A DNA stretch of 64,000 bases from Candidatus Firestoneibacteriota bacterium (GCA_013286205.1 JABDGD010000009.1:3759-67758), one strand, 5' to 3'. Positions 37,596 to 45,884 are shown, counted from the stretch's first letter. Notes: generated by a model not told the origin, from the letters alone. Program-made: numbers and translations.

Positions 37596-37936
37596 TATGA
37601 CCTCTACCCCAACCGCCTGATCTAACTTATAAATTTTGAGTTTTTGCCAGAGTGCTACTGCCCTGACCGTGTGATCTGACGCGGCTTATCGTTTCAATCT
37701 TTCAAATCGGCCACAGGTCTCACAAAAAACCTTGAAGGTTATCACTTTTTTCTACCGGCCCAAAAGCCGCCGTTTCTTTTAATTTAAATGGAGTGAAATC
37801 AATTCCACCCTTCGAGCCAGGAGGCGTACCTATTAGATCTGACTATTTACTAACACTCAAATCAGCATTTTCCGCTGACCAGGCCGGGAACCCCGTTTCC
37901 CAGGGCTGCTATGCTAAAAGCTCTTTGGGCTCTAAC

Positions 37937-37966
37937 AAAAAAAGGGCCAGGCATTAGCCCGACCCT
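37937..37966 (-). terminator. Rho-independent terminator after 37993..39075
   Basis: The minus-strand RNA AGGGUCGGGC-UAAU-GCCUGGCCCU forms a 10-bp stem with two G-U pairs, followed by U7. Confidence 0.65.
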
Positions 37967-37992
37967 TGATTCACTGCAAGTAAACGAATTGA

Positions 37993-39075
37993 TTACGGAG
38001 TTGGGTTTGTGATCGTATTAGACTGCATGGTAACTTGACCTGTCTCCGACAAAGCGCGTCCGCTTAAAGTAGCGCCCGTGTTAAACGCAATCGTCGTGTG
38101 AGCCATAATGGTTCCCACAAAGGAAGATGTGGTGCCTAAAGCGCAGCTGCTGCCCACCTGCCAAAAGATATTAGCGGCGGTAGCGCCGTTAGCCAAAATG
38201 ACATTTCCGCCCGAAGCGGTCGTCAAGGTAGTGCCGATCTGGAAAATAAAGATAGCGTTAGTATTGCCCTGTGCATCCAGAGTCAAATCACCCGTTATTC
38301 CTATTCCACCGGCGGTGTTATAGAGGCCGGGATAAAGCGTTAACCCCCCCAAATCACCTGAAATCGAAGCGGGGTTAAGTCTGCCCGCGGCGTTGTTATA
38401 GGCTGTGGTTAAATCTAACTGCGCATTATCTGCGTTGGTTCCTGTCACAAAACCACCCGTGCATAAAAACACAGGCGCTCCCGAGGCTGACGTGCTGGGC
38501 GACAAACCAATATTGCCGCAAATGGTAGTGGAACCGGTGCTCGTAATACCCGAGTAAGCCAAAACCGCGTAGTGTGCCGCCGAGTTCAAATTCACCGCCG
38601 CCTGGGCTGTCTGTGCGGTGGCCGTAATCGTGGGCGTATAGCTAGCCGTATTAGTCATGGTCTTGGTCGCTGTATTGGTAGTCGTATTGGTCGCCGTGTT
38701 CGTCGCGGTCATTGTCGGCGTAGACGTGTCGGTACTCGTCGCCGTAGACGTCGTGGTATTTGTGGCCGTTAAAGGCGTCACTGTACCCGTGTTCGTCGCC
38801 GTATTGGTGGCCGAGTTGGTAGCCGTATTAGTCGCCGTATTGGTAGTGGTGCGAGTGGCCGTATTAGTGGCCGTTGCAGGTGTAATCGTGCCTGTATTCG
38901 TCGCAGTGTTGGTCATGGTCGCCGTAAAAGTACCTGCTGGCCCAATCACAATAGGAGTCGGGGTGTTATTGGAAGAATCTCCAGGACCCGACGGGTTGGA
39001 TTTACTACCGCAACCGGTGATCAAAACCGCCGGCAACAACGCTGATAAAACTAAAACGCCAATAATTTTTTTCAC
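37993..39075 (-). CDS. DUF3494 (ice-binding-protein fold) lipoprotein with N-terminal (Thr-X)n stalk
   Basis: The lipobox is VLITGCGSK, followed by about 100 aa of T-rich stalk. The DUF3494 blocks are AAHYAVLAYSGITSTGSTTICGNIG, LDLTTAYNNAAGR, GGLTLYPGLY, LDAQGNTNAIFIFQ, NGATAANIFWQVGSS and GRALSETGQVTMQSN. Confidence 0.75.
   Translation of the reverse strand: MKKIIGVLVLSALLPAVLITGCGSKSNPSGPGDSSNNTPTPIVIGPAGTFTATMTNTATNTGTITPATATNTATRTTTNTATNTATNSATNTATNTGTVTPLTATNTTTSTATSTDTSTPTMTATNTATNTTTNTATKTMTNTASYTPTITATAQTAQAAVNLNSAAHYAVLAYSGITSTGSTTICGNIGLSPSTSASGAPVFLCTGGFVTGTNADNAQLDLTTAYNNAAGRLNPASISGDLGGLTLYPGLYNTAGGIGITGDLTLDAQGNTNAIFIFQIGTTLTTASGGNVILANGATAANIFWQVGSSCALGTTSSFVGTIMAHTTIAFNTGATLSGRALSETGQVTMQSNTITNPTP
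38634..38928 (-). repeat. Coding low-complexity tract, (Thr-X)n
   Basis: It encodes TFTATMTNTATNTGTITPATATNTATRTTTNTATNTATNSATNTATNTGTVTPLTATNTTTSTATSTDTSTPTMTATNTATNTTTNTATKTMTNTASYTPTITATA. Confidence 0.8.
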
Positions 39076-39135
39076 GTTTACTTCTCCTTTAATCTTTTTG
39101 GAACACCAGTGAATGGAATTCTGGAGACTGTTTAA

Positions 39136-39151
39136 AGCAAGTAACGTGCCT
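39136..39151 (-). promoter_or_regulatory. Sigma-54 (-24/-12) promoter
   Basis: The minus strand reads AGGCACGTTACTTGCT, 62 nt upstream of ATG 39075. Confidence 0.8.
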
Positions 39152-39354
39152 TGAAATTTTTAAATCAGGATTTCTAGATTTCTGTGACCCGTAAAGGAAA
39201 AATGATTCTTCGGCGCGATGCGGTTTGAGAATTCATTTAAAACCGTAAATTTCTTTATCAAAACGACATTTAAAAAAACCGTCGCCGAATCATTTTTTTA
39301 GGAGCTCCATTACCTAGCAAGTAAAAACGATTTTAAAAACCGATGTCATTTGAA

Positions 39355-39383
39355 TCAAAATGATCCCGGTATTCCCCGTTTGA
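39355..39383. promoter_or_regulatory. Candidate EBP enhancer (UAS) dyad
   Basis: TCAAAATGA-N11-CCCGTTTGA. An additional single TCAAAACGA sits at 39258..39266, 107 bp upstream of the -24 box of promoter 39136. Confidence 0.45.
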
Positions 39384-39548
39384 TCTGGGGATTATCAACA
39401 TATGAACCATTTCATACAAAAAAGCGAACACCTCCGAAAAGGCATTCGCTCTGTTGAAATAATTTCATTCTCTAAAACCGCATCGGCTCCCGCATCGCCG
39501 CAACAGAAAGTCACCTGCCGTTTAAGTGGCATCACGCCACAAAAGCCT

Positions 39549-39872
39549 TTATTTGCGTTTCTTAGGTTTAGATTTTCTAACAGTGTGGGCAGGAAAATTC
39601 ACCGTTCGGGTATCCCATACAGGCCCGTGCCCAATATGCGAATGGCCATGGGCCAAAAAATTTTCTTCATTGGGATAATAGCGCGGCGCAAGCTTTACAC
39701 TGCCTCTATCATTTTTCACGGAGGATCGTTTACGGAGACTTTCGAAATCCCCTTCCTCCTTCATCATTTGGGTCTCAGTTTTGACCCTTACCATCTCCCT
39801 GCTTTTTCTCAGAGGCTCATTGAGCGGTTCATTAAAATATTTATTAATTTTATTCATCAGTTCAATAAACAT
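39549..39872 (-). CDS. Conserved hypothetical protein with basic tail (paralog of 36500..36820)
   Basis: 107 aa: MFIELMNKINKYFNEPLNEPLRKSREM...RGSVKLAPRYYPNEE...GPVWDTRT...KPKKRK. Confidence 0.55.
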   Translation of the reverse strand: MFIELMNKINKYFNEPLNEPLRKSREMVRVKTETQMMKEEGDFESLRKRSSVKNDRGSVKLAPRYYPNEENFLAHGHSHIGHGPVWDTRTVNFPAHTVRKSKPKKRK

Positions 39873-40063
39873 AGCGTTTCCTTGGTCATGGCGTGAACTT
39901 CCGTACGTGTCATTGAATTGTCCGTTTTCACCGCAGAGTCATCCGCCAATGCCCTACCCGTTCCCGTCAAAAACAAAAAACCTAAAATTCAAGCAAGTGA
40001 ATTTTTCACATCACAACTTTCTTTCGGCTTAATTAAAACAACATTTAATTTGGGCCTTAACAA

Positions 40064-40079
40064 AGCAAGAAACCTGCCG
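40064..40079 (-). promoter_or_regulatory. Possible sigma-54 promoter (weaker -24 box, long leader)
   Basis: The minus strand reads CGGCAGGTTTCTTGCT, about 190 nt upstream of ATG 39872. UAS-like TCATTTGA (40113) and TCAACTTGA (40142) lie just upstream. Confidence 0.4.
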
Positions 40080-40181
40080 CATAAAACATTAGGAAATTGT
40101 GTTACCTTCTCCTCATTTGATCGTGCTGGTTAAGAAAACTATCAACTTGATTGATTGGACCAGCCACCCATAACCCAACCC

Positions 40182-40397
40182 TCAGACCCATCCCGGCCAT
40201 TTCCCTTCGCGATCCCGGCGTGCTTCGTCGCGCTTCTTATCTTTCGCCGTTATCCGCTCTAACTTTCCAAAAACACCGCTTTCTTCGTTTAAATACGGGG
40301 TTTTATTTTTCTCCCCTTCGCCGCCCGCCCATCGGTTTCCCTTGGTGGTTAAAGGCTGTTTTCCAGTCATCCTCTTTCCCTGATTTACTTTGTTCAT
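40182..40397 (-). CDS. Small hydrophilic K/R/E/G-rich protein
   Basis: 71 aa with RBS GGAG 8 nt upstream. It starts 13 nt after the BON gene stop. No motif was recognised. Confidence 0.45.
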   Translation of the reverse strand: MNKVNQGKRMTGKQPLTTKGNRWAGGEGEKNKTPYLNEESGVFGKLERITAKDKKRDEARRDREGKWPGWV

Positions 40398-40409
40398 ACC
40401 GCACTCCGA

Positions 40410-40655
40410 TTATTTTCGATGGTTAATAAAAGCCAGATCAACGGGCACTACCCGGATATGATTGCTGACCTTGCGATGCCCTGCGAACTCTTTGACCAGA
40501 GTTTCAATGTCCCGTTTTTCAGTGAAATTAACAGCGGAGCCTGAAAGGGTCACCGTATCGTTTTTGATTGCTACATGCAGATGCTCACCTAAGCCCCGCA
40601 ATTGATGCGCCAACAGGACTTCCAAAGCCAACTCCTTCAACTCTAAACGCGCCAT
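40410..40655 (-). CDS. Small cytoplasmic BON-domain protein (subtype B)
   Basis: 81 aa: LEVLLAHQLRGLGEHLHVAIKNDTVTLSGSAVNFTEKRDIETLVKEFAGHRKVSNHIRV. Confidence 0.75.
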   Translation of the reverse strand: MARLELKELALEVLLAHQLRGLGEHLHVAIKNDTVTLSGSAVNFTEKRDIETLVKEFAGHRKVSNHIRVVPVDLAFINHRK

Positions 40656-40689
40656 AAAATTCCTCTCAAAATCTCAATCACAGTCACCG

Positions 40690-42336
40690 CTATTTTTGAA
40701 ACAACAGCAACTCCACCCGGCGGTTTTGTGCCCGGCCTTCTGGAGTGTCATTGGAAGCCATGGGTTCCGTATCGCCGAAACCTTTCGCTTCTAAATGAGC
40801 TGGATCAACACCCTTTTTAACCAGGTAATCCTTCACAGCTCCCGCTCTCTCATCGGATAACGTTTGGTTGGAAATGCCTCTGAGACTCAAAACGGAGTCC
40901 GTATGGCCCTCGATATAAATTAAGTAGGTCGGATGCAGTTTCAAAATATCCTGAACTGCGGTCAATACCGCCTGTCCTTCCGCTTCCGTAAAGTCATCTT
41001 TGCCCGACTTAAAATCAACATTTTGGGCGATGTAAGTGTTTTTCCAGCCAGGCAGAATCACCTCGGGAAACCGCGCCTCCACCACAATCAGCGTCAGCTT
41101 TTCCACTTCCCCATCCTGATCCACCAAAATCGCTTTGACTGTATAAGAACCTTCCGGCACGGCGTGGCCGCTTTGGTCTTTACCATCCCAGCTCAAGTCA
41201 GTAGGCGGTGTACCAAGGCCCTCCCGGCCCCAAACTTGAACGCCAGTAGCCGTATCCACCTCTACCGACCATTTGCTGACGGGTTTGGAACTTTCCAGCA
41301 TCAGGGGAATGGGAACGACATCTTGATGAAGCTTCATCGCCATCTGTCTGGCTTTTTTGACGGCTCTTTTTTTCGCGTCGTCACCAAAATGTAAACTTAA
41401 AGCGATTTGATTACTCGTGCCAAAGTCGCCAATAGTGGTCATGGCGTAATCCAATTGCCAGTTCATGTACCGGACACCCGCGCCCAGGGACAACCCTTTG
41501 ACGCCGGTTAAGTTGGTCGAGTTTTCAAACCGATATCCTGCCCGAATAGCGACCAAGTTCTGATACCAATACTCCGCGCCCAGCCCGTAAATGGTGGAGT
41601 TGATATTGATGAGCGACCAATCGCCCTCCGCCGCCAGCGTCAATAAGCTGGTGGAAATGAGGCCGCTTGATCTCTGCCCGCTCAGATCAAGCTCATAAGC
41701 CGCCGCGGTTTTCAATTGAAGCGGCAGGATGGCGTTATCAATACTAAAGCCCAGGTCGCTCACCACCGTTGAGATGGAAAGCGGCAGGCCCACGAAGCGG
41801 TAAAAAAGACCCGCGTCAATCGCCCCGGTTTTATCCGCGAAGTTTTGCTGAATATTGTCATAAATAAAATGAGCCGTTAAACCAGCGCGCCATCCCCCGC
41901 CTAAATTCAAACCATAGCCGCCATAAACATCCAAACCAATCGGCGAATAACTGCCCGTGCTGGTAACCAACCCGCCCGTCGCTGAATAGTTGGTGATTGT
42001 TCCGAAATTGAGATAATCCGCGCCCACAGAAAAGCCATCGCCGTTCGCCAGGCCCTGACTATAAACCAAATGCTGCATGGAGAGACCCTGCGCCCAAAAG
42101 TTTTGAGAAATAGATATCTCTGATCCCGGGTACCATCCCAACGTCGCGGGATTAATGTCCACCGAATCCATGTTGTCCGGCACCGCGCCTAAAGCGCCCC
42201 CCACCGCCGCGTTGCGGGTGCTGGGAGGAACCCTCAGCCAGCTGGTCCCTTCATCCGCGGTTACGGTTTGAGCCGTTGAAATTCTCGTTATCGCCATCAA
42301 CAGAAACGCTAAGCCAAGAGTTAATTTTTTTCTCAT
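40690..42336 (-). CDS. PorV/PorQ-like beta-barrel + FlgD-Ig-like + OmpA C-terminal domain protein
   Basis: ATG 42336 (MRKKLTLGLAFLLMAITRISTAQT) overlaps the upstream stop as ATGA. The N-terminal barrel has RNAAVGGALGAVPDNMDSVDINPATLG. The middle has a VPEGSYTVKAILVDQDGE Ig-like segment. The C-terminus is IEGHTDS...SDERAGAVKDYLVKKGV...NRRVELLLF (OmpA-like). Confidence 0.6.
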   Translation of the reverse strand: MRKKLTLGLAFLLMAITRISTAQTVTADEGTSWLRVPPSTRNAAVGGALGAVPDNMDSVDINPATLGWYPGSEISISQNFWAQGLSMQHLVYSQGLANGDGFSVGADYLNFGTITNYSATGGLVTSTGSYSPIGLDVYGGYGLNLGGGWRAGLTAHFIYDNIQQNFADKTGAIDAGLFYRFVGLPLSISTVVSDLGFSIDNAILPLQLKTAAAYELDLSGQRSSGLISTSLLTLAAEGDWSLININSTIYGLGAEYWYQNLVAIRAGYRFENSTNLTGVKGLSLGAGVRYMNWQLDYAMTTIGDFGTSNQIALSLHFGDDAKKRAVKKARQMAMKLHQDVVPIPLMLESSKPVSKWSVEVDTATGVQVWGREGLGTPPTDLSWDGKDQSGHAVPEGSYTVKAILVDQDGEVEKLTLIVVEARFPEVILPGWKNTYIAQNVDFKSGKDDFTEAEGQAVLTAVQDILKLHPTYLIYIEGHTDSVLSLRGISNQTLSDERAGAVKDYLVKKGVDPAHLEAKGFGDTEPMASNDTPEGRAQNRRVELLLFQK

Positions 42337-45300
42337 CGGGACACCACTACTTTCTGCCAATTCGTTTGACCGCTTCCATCAGGGTAAATGACCTTAATCC
42401 GCACGATGTAGATACCCGGCGGCAAATTCCCCACGTTCCAGCAGCCTTGATTGCTGCCAAAATTCAAACTGGCTATCGAAACCCCAATCCAGTCATAAAC
42501 ATCCCAATGACTGGAAAGAATCGGTTTATCAGGGAACAAACACAAATTTCCATTTCTGGAAACCGGCACAGGACACAAAACCGGATTACCCGTAGTGGAC
42601 AGCGGTACGGTGGCCGTAGGCGTGAAAGTCATCGTGATGGTCGGCGAAATCGTTTTAGTGCTGGTGGCCGTATTGGTACGTGTATTGGTGACGGACAGAT
42701 TCACCGTATTAGTCGCCGTATTCGTCGCCGTGATGGTAGCCGTATTGGTAGACGTATTAGTGGCGGTAGCCGTGGCCGAGTTGGTGGCCGTGTTCGTTAC
42801 CGTTAAAGTGTTTACCGTACCCGTATTGGTGGTCGTATTGGTCGCCGTGTTAGTCGCGGTATTGGTAGACGTATTCGTGGACGTGGTCGTTGCTGAGTTC
42901 GTCGCGGTATTCGTGGATGTGTTCGTGGCCGTATTCGTCACCGTCGAGGTATTTACTGTACCCGTATTGGTGGTCGTGTTGGTCGCCGAGTTAGTCGCGG
43001 TATTCGTGGCCGTATTCGTGACTGTTGAAGTGCTGACCGTACCCGTATTAGTGGTCGTATTCGTCGCCGAGTAAGTCGCGGTACTCGTAGCCGAATTCGT
43101 GGCCGTATTCGTAGCCGTTAACGTATTCACTGTACCCGTATTGGTGGTCGTATTCGTCGCTGAGTTAGTGGCGCTATTCGTGGCCGTATTCGTGACCGTT
43201 GAAGTGTTGACCGTACCTGTATTAGTGGTCGTATTCGTCGCCGAGTAAGTCGCGGTATTCGTCACCGTATTCGTGGCCGTATTCGTGACTGTTGAAGTGT
43301 TGACCGTACCCGTATTAGTGATCGTATTCGTCGCTGAGTTAGTGGCGCTATTCGTGGCGGTATTCGTGGAAGTATTCGTAGCTGTTTTGGTGGCGGTATT
43401 CGTGGTAGTCGCGGTGGGCTGAGGAAAATTGGAAACGTCAAACTTAGCCACAAAACCGGAGCCGCTGGAATCGCCTAAGGTTTTCTGATAAGCGGAGGTA
43501 GTGGTCGGAAAATTAGTCGATCCTGCCCGGCCCGTGATATAAGCGTTGCCGGTTGAGTCTAAAGCGATGGCATTGGCCACATCGCCCGTAGTGCCGCCCA
43601 AATAGCTGGAGTAGACCAAACCTACCGTGCCATTAGCGCCCGGATTGAACATACTCAGAAAAGCGTTTTGTACACCCGTCGCGCCGATTGCTGTTTGATA
43701 AGCTCCGCTGGTGGTGGGAAAATTACTCGATTGGGTGTAACCCGTCACGTAAATGTTGGCGTTGCTGTCCAGCGCAATGCCGTTGCCCTGGTCATGATTA
43801 CTGCCGCCTAAATAAGAAGAATAAATCAGGTCCGCGGACCCATGACCGCCCGGATTAATTTCAGTCACAAAAGCCTCAGTGGCGCCGGCCAGAGCCAAAG
43901 TCTTTTGATAGGCCCCGCTGGTGGTAGGAAAATTACTGGAGGAGGTGTTGCCCGTCAGATAAACATTCCGGTTGGCATCCAAAGCGATCGCGCTCACTTG
44001 AATACCATTCGTCGCGTCAAAAAAGGTGGAATAGACCAGGTCCGCGGTTCCTGCGCCCAGGGGGCTGATCTTGGACATAAAAGAGGATGAGCTGCCGCTG
44101 ATCGTGGTCTGATAAGCCCCGCTGGTCGTCGAGAAATTACTATCCCCTGTGGTGCCCGCCACATAAGCGTTGCCGCTGCTATCCACCGCGATACCCGCGC
44201 CGCTGTCGTTATTACTCCCGCCCAAAAAGGTGGAGTAGAGCAAGTCGGATTTGCCGCCGCCGACCGGATTAAACTTGGACACAAACGCGTTATCCCCCGA
44301 ACTCGTGAAAGCGTTATTGGTGACCTGAAAAGCCCCGCTGGTCGTGGGAAAATCCGTGGAGTTGGTAAAGCCCGTTAAATAGGGATGACCGCCGGTGTCC
44401 ATGGTGATGCCGTTGCCCTGATCACCGCTTGAGCCGCCCAGGTAGGTGGAATAAAGAAGACTGGATCCGCTGGCGCTGATTTTACTGAGAAAAGCCTCGG
44501 CGACGCCGGACTTTGCCTGGGCCGGTTGATAGGCCCCGCTGGTGGTTGGAAAATTAGTAGAGGCGGCGGCCCCGGTAAGGTAAGCGTTGTTACTGCTATC
44601 CAGCACGATCGCTGTTCCGTAATCCCGTCCCGACCCGCCCAGGTAGGTGGAATAAACCAAACTCGATCCATCGGCGCTCATCTTGGTGATGAAAACGTTG
44701 GACATATTGCCGTTCACCGTTTGATAAGCCCCGGCGGTCGTGGGAAAATTACTGGAACTGGCCTGGCCCGTCACATAAGCGCTGCCCAGACTATCCACTA
44801 CAATGCCTGAACCAAAGTCGCCGGTGGCGCCGTTGGTACCGCTTAAATAGGTGGAATAGTCCAAAGCGGGATCAATAACGAGAGTCTTGGTTTTGTCGTA
44901 ATCCCCCACCTTAAACCCGATCTCATTGGTTCCCGTCACCACATATTCGCCCGTTACAGTTGTTTTCACGCCATCCACTTCCTGATACATCACGGGAGCC
45001 TTAAAACGCATACCTCGGTCGCCGAGAGTCAGCTGCAAATTACCCTGTCCATCTACGGCGCTGCTATCGGCGCCCGTATGCTGAATTCGAATCACTCCGG
45101 GGTCCGATCCCGGGGCCACCCGGAAATCATATTCCAACTGTCCCTGGGTGCCGTAATAGACCATATCGATTCCGGGATAAACGTCATGAGCGGTCAACTG
45201 GGCGTATTGCTTCAGCCCGTTTTTCCACTGCGTACTGTCTTTGCCCACAAAATAATTGCTAATACCCGCCAATTGATTTTGCGCGTCAAAAATCACCCCG

Positions 45301-45704
45301 CGGTTCACGCCGGTCAGACTGAGCCGCAAAACATCCGATCCTAAAAGCCTGGGAACTTTCCCCAATCCTCTCGCCAGTTCCTTCTTAGTCAGCGGGCTGT
45401 TGTCATAACGGTCCAGCGACATAACCGTTTCTAAATCAGTCACAAAAAGCGTATAGCCTGTACCCCGGACGATATAACGAACCCGCGAGTCGGTTTGTCC
45501 CTCATTGGCCTCAAAAGCCAGCGGTAATCGGCCATAACCCGCGTGAAAGGCGACATTTCTCAAATTGGCAAAAGGATGGCCGGGTTCTGAACGAACAGGT
45601 GTCGGGGTCGCGGCCAAAACAATGGCGCCGGAAGCGGGTGCGAGAATGGCTAAAAATATGACCGAGGTTAAAAAAAGATTGATTTGTCTCAAGGATAAAA
45701 TCAC
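42333..45704 (-). CDS. Giant secreted SBBP beta-propeller-repeat protein with (Thr-X)n tract and T9SS/FlgD-type C-terminal beta-sandwich
   Basis: 1123 aa with a signal peptide. There are at least 7 repeats of the type YSTYLGGSxxDxGxGIAxDSxGNAYxTGxTxSSNFPTTSGAYQ (SBBP). About 270 aa of T-rich tandem repeats follow. The last 91 aa (LCLFPDKPI...GNLPPGIYIVRIKVIYPDG...) resemble a por-secretion/FlgD-like sorting domain. Confidence 0.7.
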   Translation of the reverse strand: MILSLRQINLFLTSVIFLAILAPASGAIVLAATPTPVRSEPGHPFANLRNVAFHAGYGRLPLAFEANEGQTDSRVRYIVRGTGYTLFVTDLETVMSLDRYDNSPLTKKELARGLGKVPRLLGSDVLRLSLTGVNRGVIFDAQNQLAGISNYFVGKDSTQWKNGLKQYAQLTAHDVYPGIDMVYYGTQGQLEYDFRVAPGSDPGVIRIQHTGADSSAVDGQGNLQLTLGDRGMRFKAPVMYQEVDGVKTTVTGEYVVTGTNEIGFKVGDYDKTKTLVIDPALDYSTYLSGTNGATGDFGSGIVVDSLGSAYVTGQASSSNFPTTAGAYQTVNGNMSNVFITKMSADGSSLVYSTYLGGSGRDYGTAIVLDSSNNAYLTGAAASTNFPTTSGAYQPAQAKSGVAEAFLSKISASGSSLLYSTYLGGSSGDQGNGITMDTGGHPYLTGFTNSTDFPTTSGAFQVTNNAFTSSGDNAFVSKFNPVGGGKSDLLYSTFLGGSNNDSGAGIAVDSSGNAYVAGTTGDSNFSTTSGAYQTTISGSSSSFMSKISPLGAGTADLVYSTFFDATNGIQVSAIALDANRNVYLTGNTSSSNFPTTSGAYQKTLALAGATEAFVTEINPGGHGSADLIYSSYLGGSNHDQGNGIALDSNANIYVTGYTQSSNFPTTSGAYQTAIGATGVQNAFLSMFNPGANGTVGLVYSSYLGGTTGDVANAIALDSTGNAYITGRAGSTNFPTTTSAYQKTLGDSSGSGFVAKFDVSNFPQPTATTTNTATKTATNTSTNTATNSATNSATNTITNTGTVNTSTVTNTATNTVTNTATYSATNTTTNTGTVNTSTVTNTATNSATNSATNTTTNTGTVNTLTATNTATNSATSTATYSATNTTTNTGTVSTSTVTNTATNTATNSATNTTTNTGTVNTSTVTNTATNTSTNTATNSATTTSTNTSTNTATNTATNTTTNTGTVNTLTVTNTATNSATATATNTSTNTATITATNTATNTVNLSVTNTRTNTATSTKTISPTITMTFTPTATVPLSTTGNPVLCPVPVSRNGNLCLFPDKPILSSHWDVYDWIGVSIASLNFGSNQGCWNVGNLPPGIYIVRIKVIYPDGSGQTNWQKVVVSR
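42609..43420 (-). repeat. Coding imperfect tandem repeats, (Thr-X)n
   Basis: Six units begin TNTGTV(N/S)T(S/L)T(V/A)TNTATN. Unit length is 27-47 aa (81-141 nt). The antisense reading produces the spurious Val-rich ORF 42595..43074. Confidence 0.85.
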
Positions 45705-45765
45705 TTTCTCAAAATCAAAAAATTTTGATGCTAAATTAAAAAATATTAGACACTGCGGGAGTTAG

Positions 45766-45781
45766 AGCAAGAACGGTGCCA
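45766..45781 (-). promoter_or_regulatory. Sigma-54 (-24/-12) promoter
   Basis: The minus strand reads TGGCACCGTTCTTGCT, a perfect match, 63 nt upstream of ATG 45704. Confidence 0.85.
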
Positions 45782-45851
45782 CGAAAAGAAATGTCGAAAG
45801 GCCCTGTTTATGGCAAACGGGAACTCAAAAGAAGATATTTGTTTTTTCCAA

Positions 45852-45884
45852 TCAAAATGATGCGGTCCATTTTTTTCATTTTGA
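45852..45884. promoter_or_regulatory. Candidate EBP enhancer (UAS) dyad shared by divergent promoters
   Basis: TCAAAATGA-N15-TCATTTTGA is an exact inverted 9-mer pair with starts 24 bp apart. It lies between promoters 45766 (-) and 45994 (+). Confidence 0.65.

Noticed and set aside
37993-39075. Calling the DUF3494 proteins bona fide antifreeze/ice-binding proteins
   Set aside because: Only the fold family is supported by the sequence. Many DUF3494 members occur in non-cold organisms and ice activity cannot be inferred without assays, so they are annotated as IBP-fold only.
38657-39112. Val-rich plus-strand ORF (151 aa); likewise 42595..43074 (159 aa) and 38572..38772
   Set aside because: These are antisense translations of ACN-rich Thr-codon repeats. 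The compositions are nonsensical (VLVAVLVVV...) and they lie fully inside well-supported minus-strand genes.
39402-39896. Plus-strand 164-aa ORF
   Set aside because: It is antisense to the conserved 107-aa paralog gene and overlaps the UAS region. It has low-complexity sequence and no RBS.
42609-43420. Possible CRISPR array or non-coding tandem repeat
   Set aside because: The repeats are in-frame, of variable unit length (81-141 nt), and lack unique spacers. They lie inside an uninterrupted 1123-aa ORF, and no cas genes are present.
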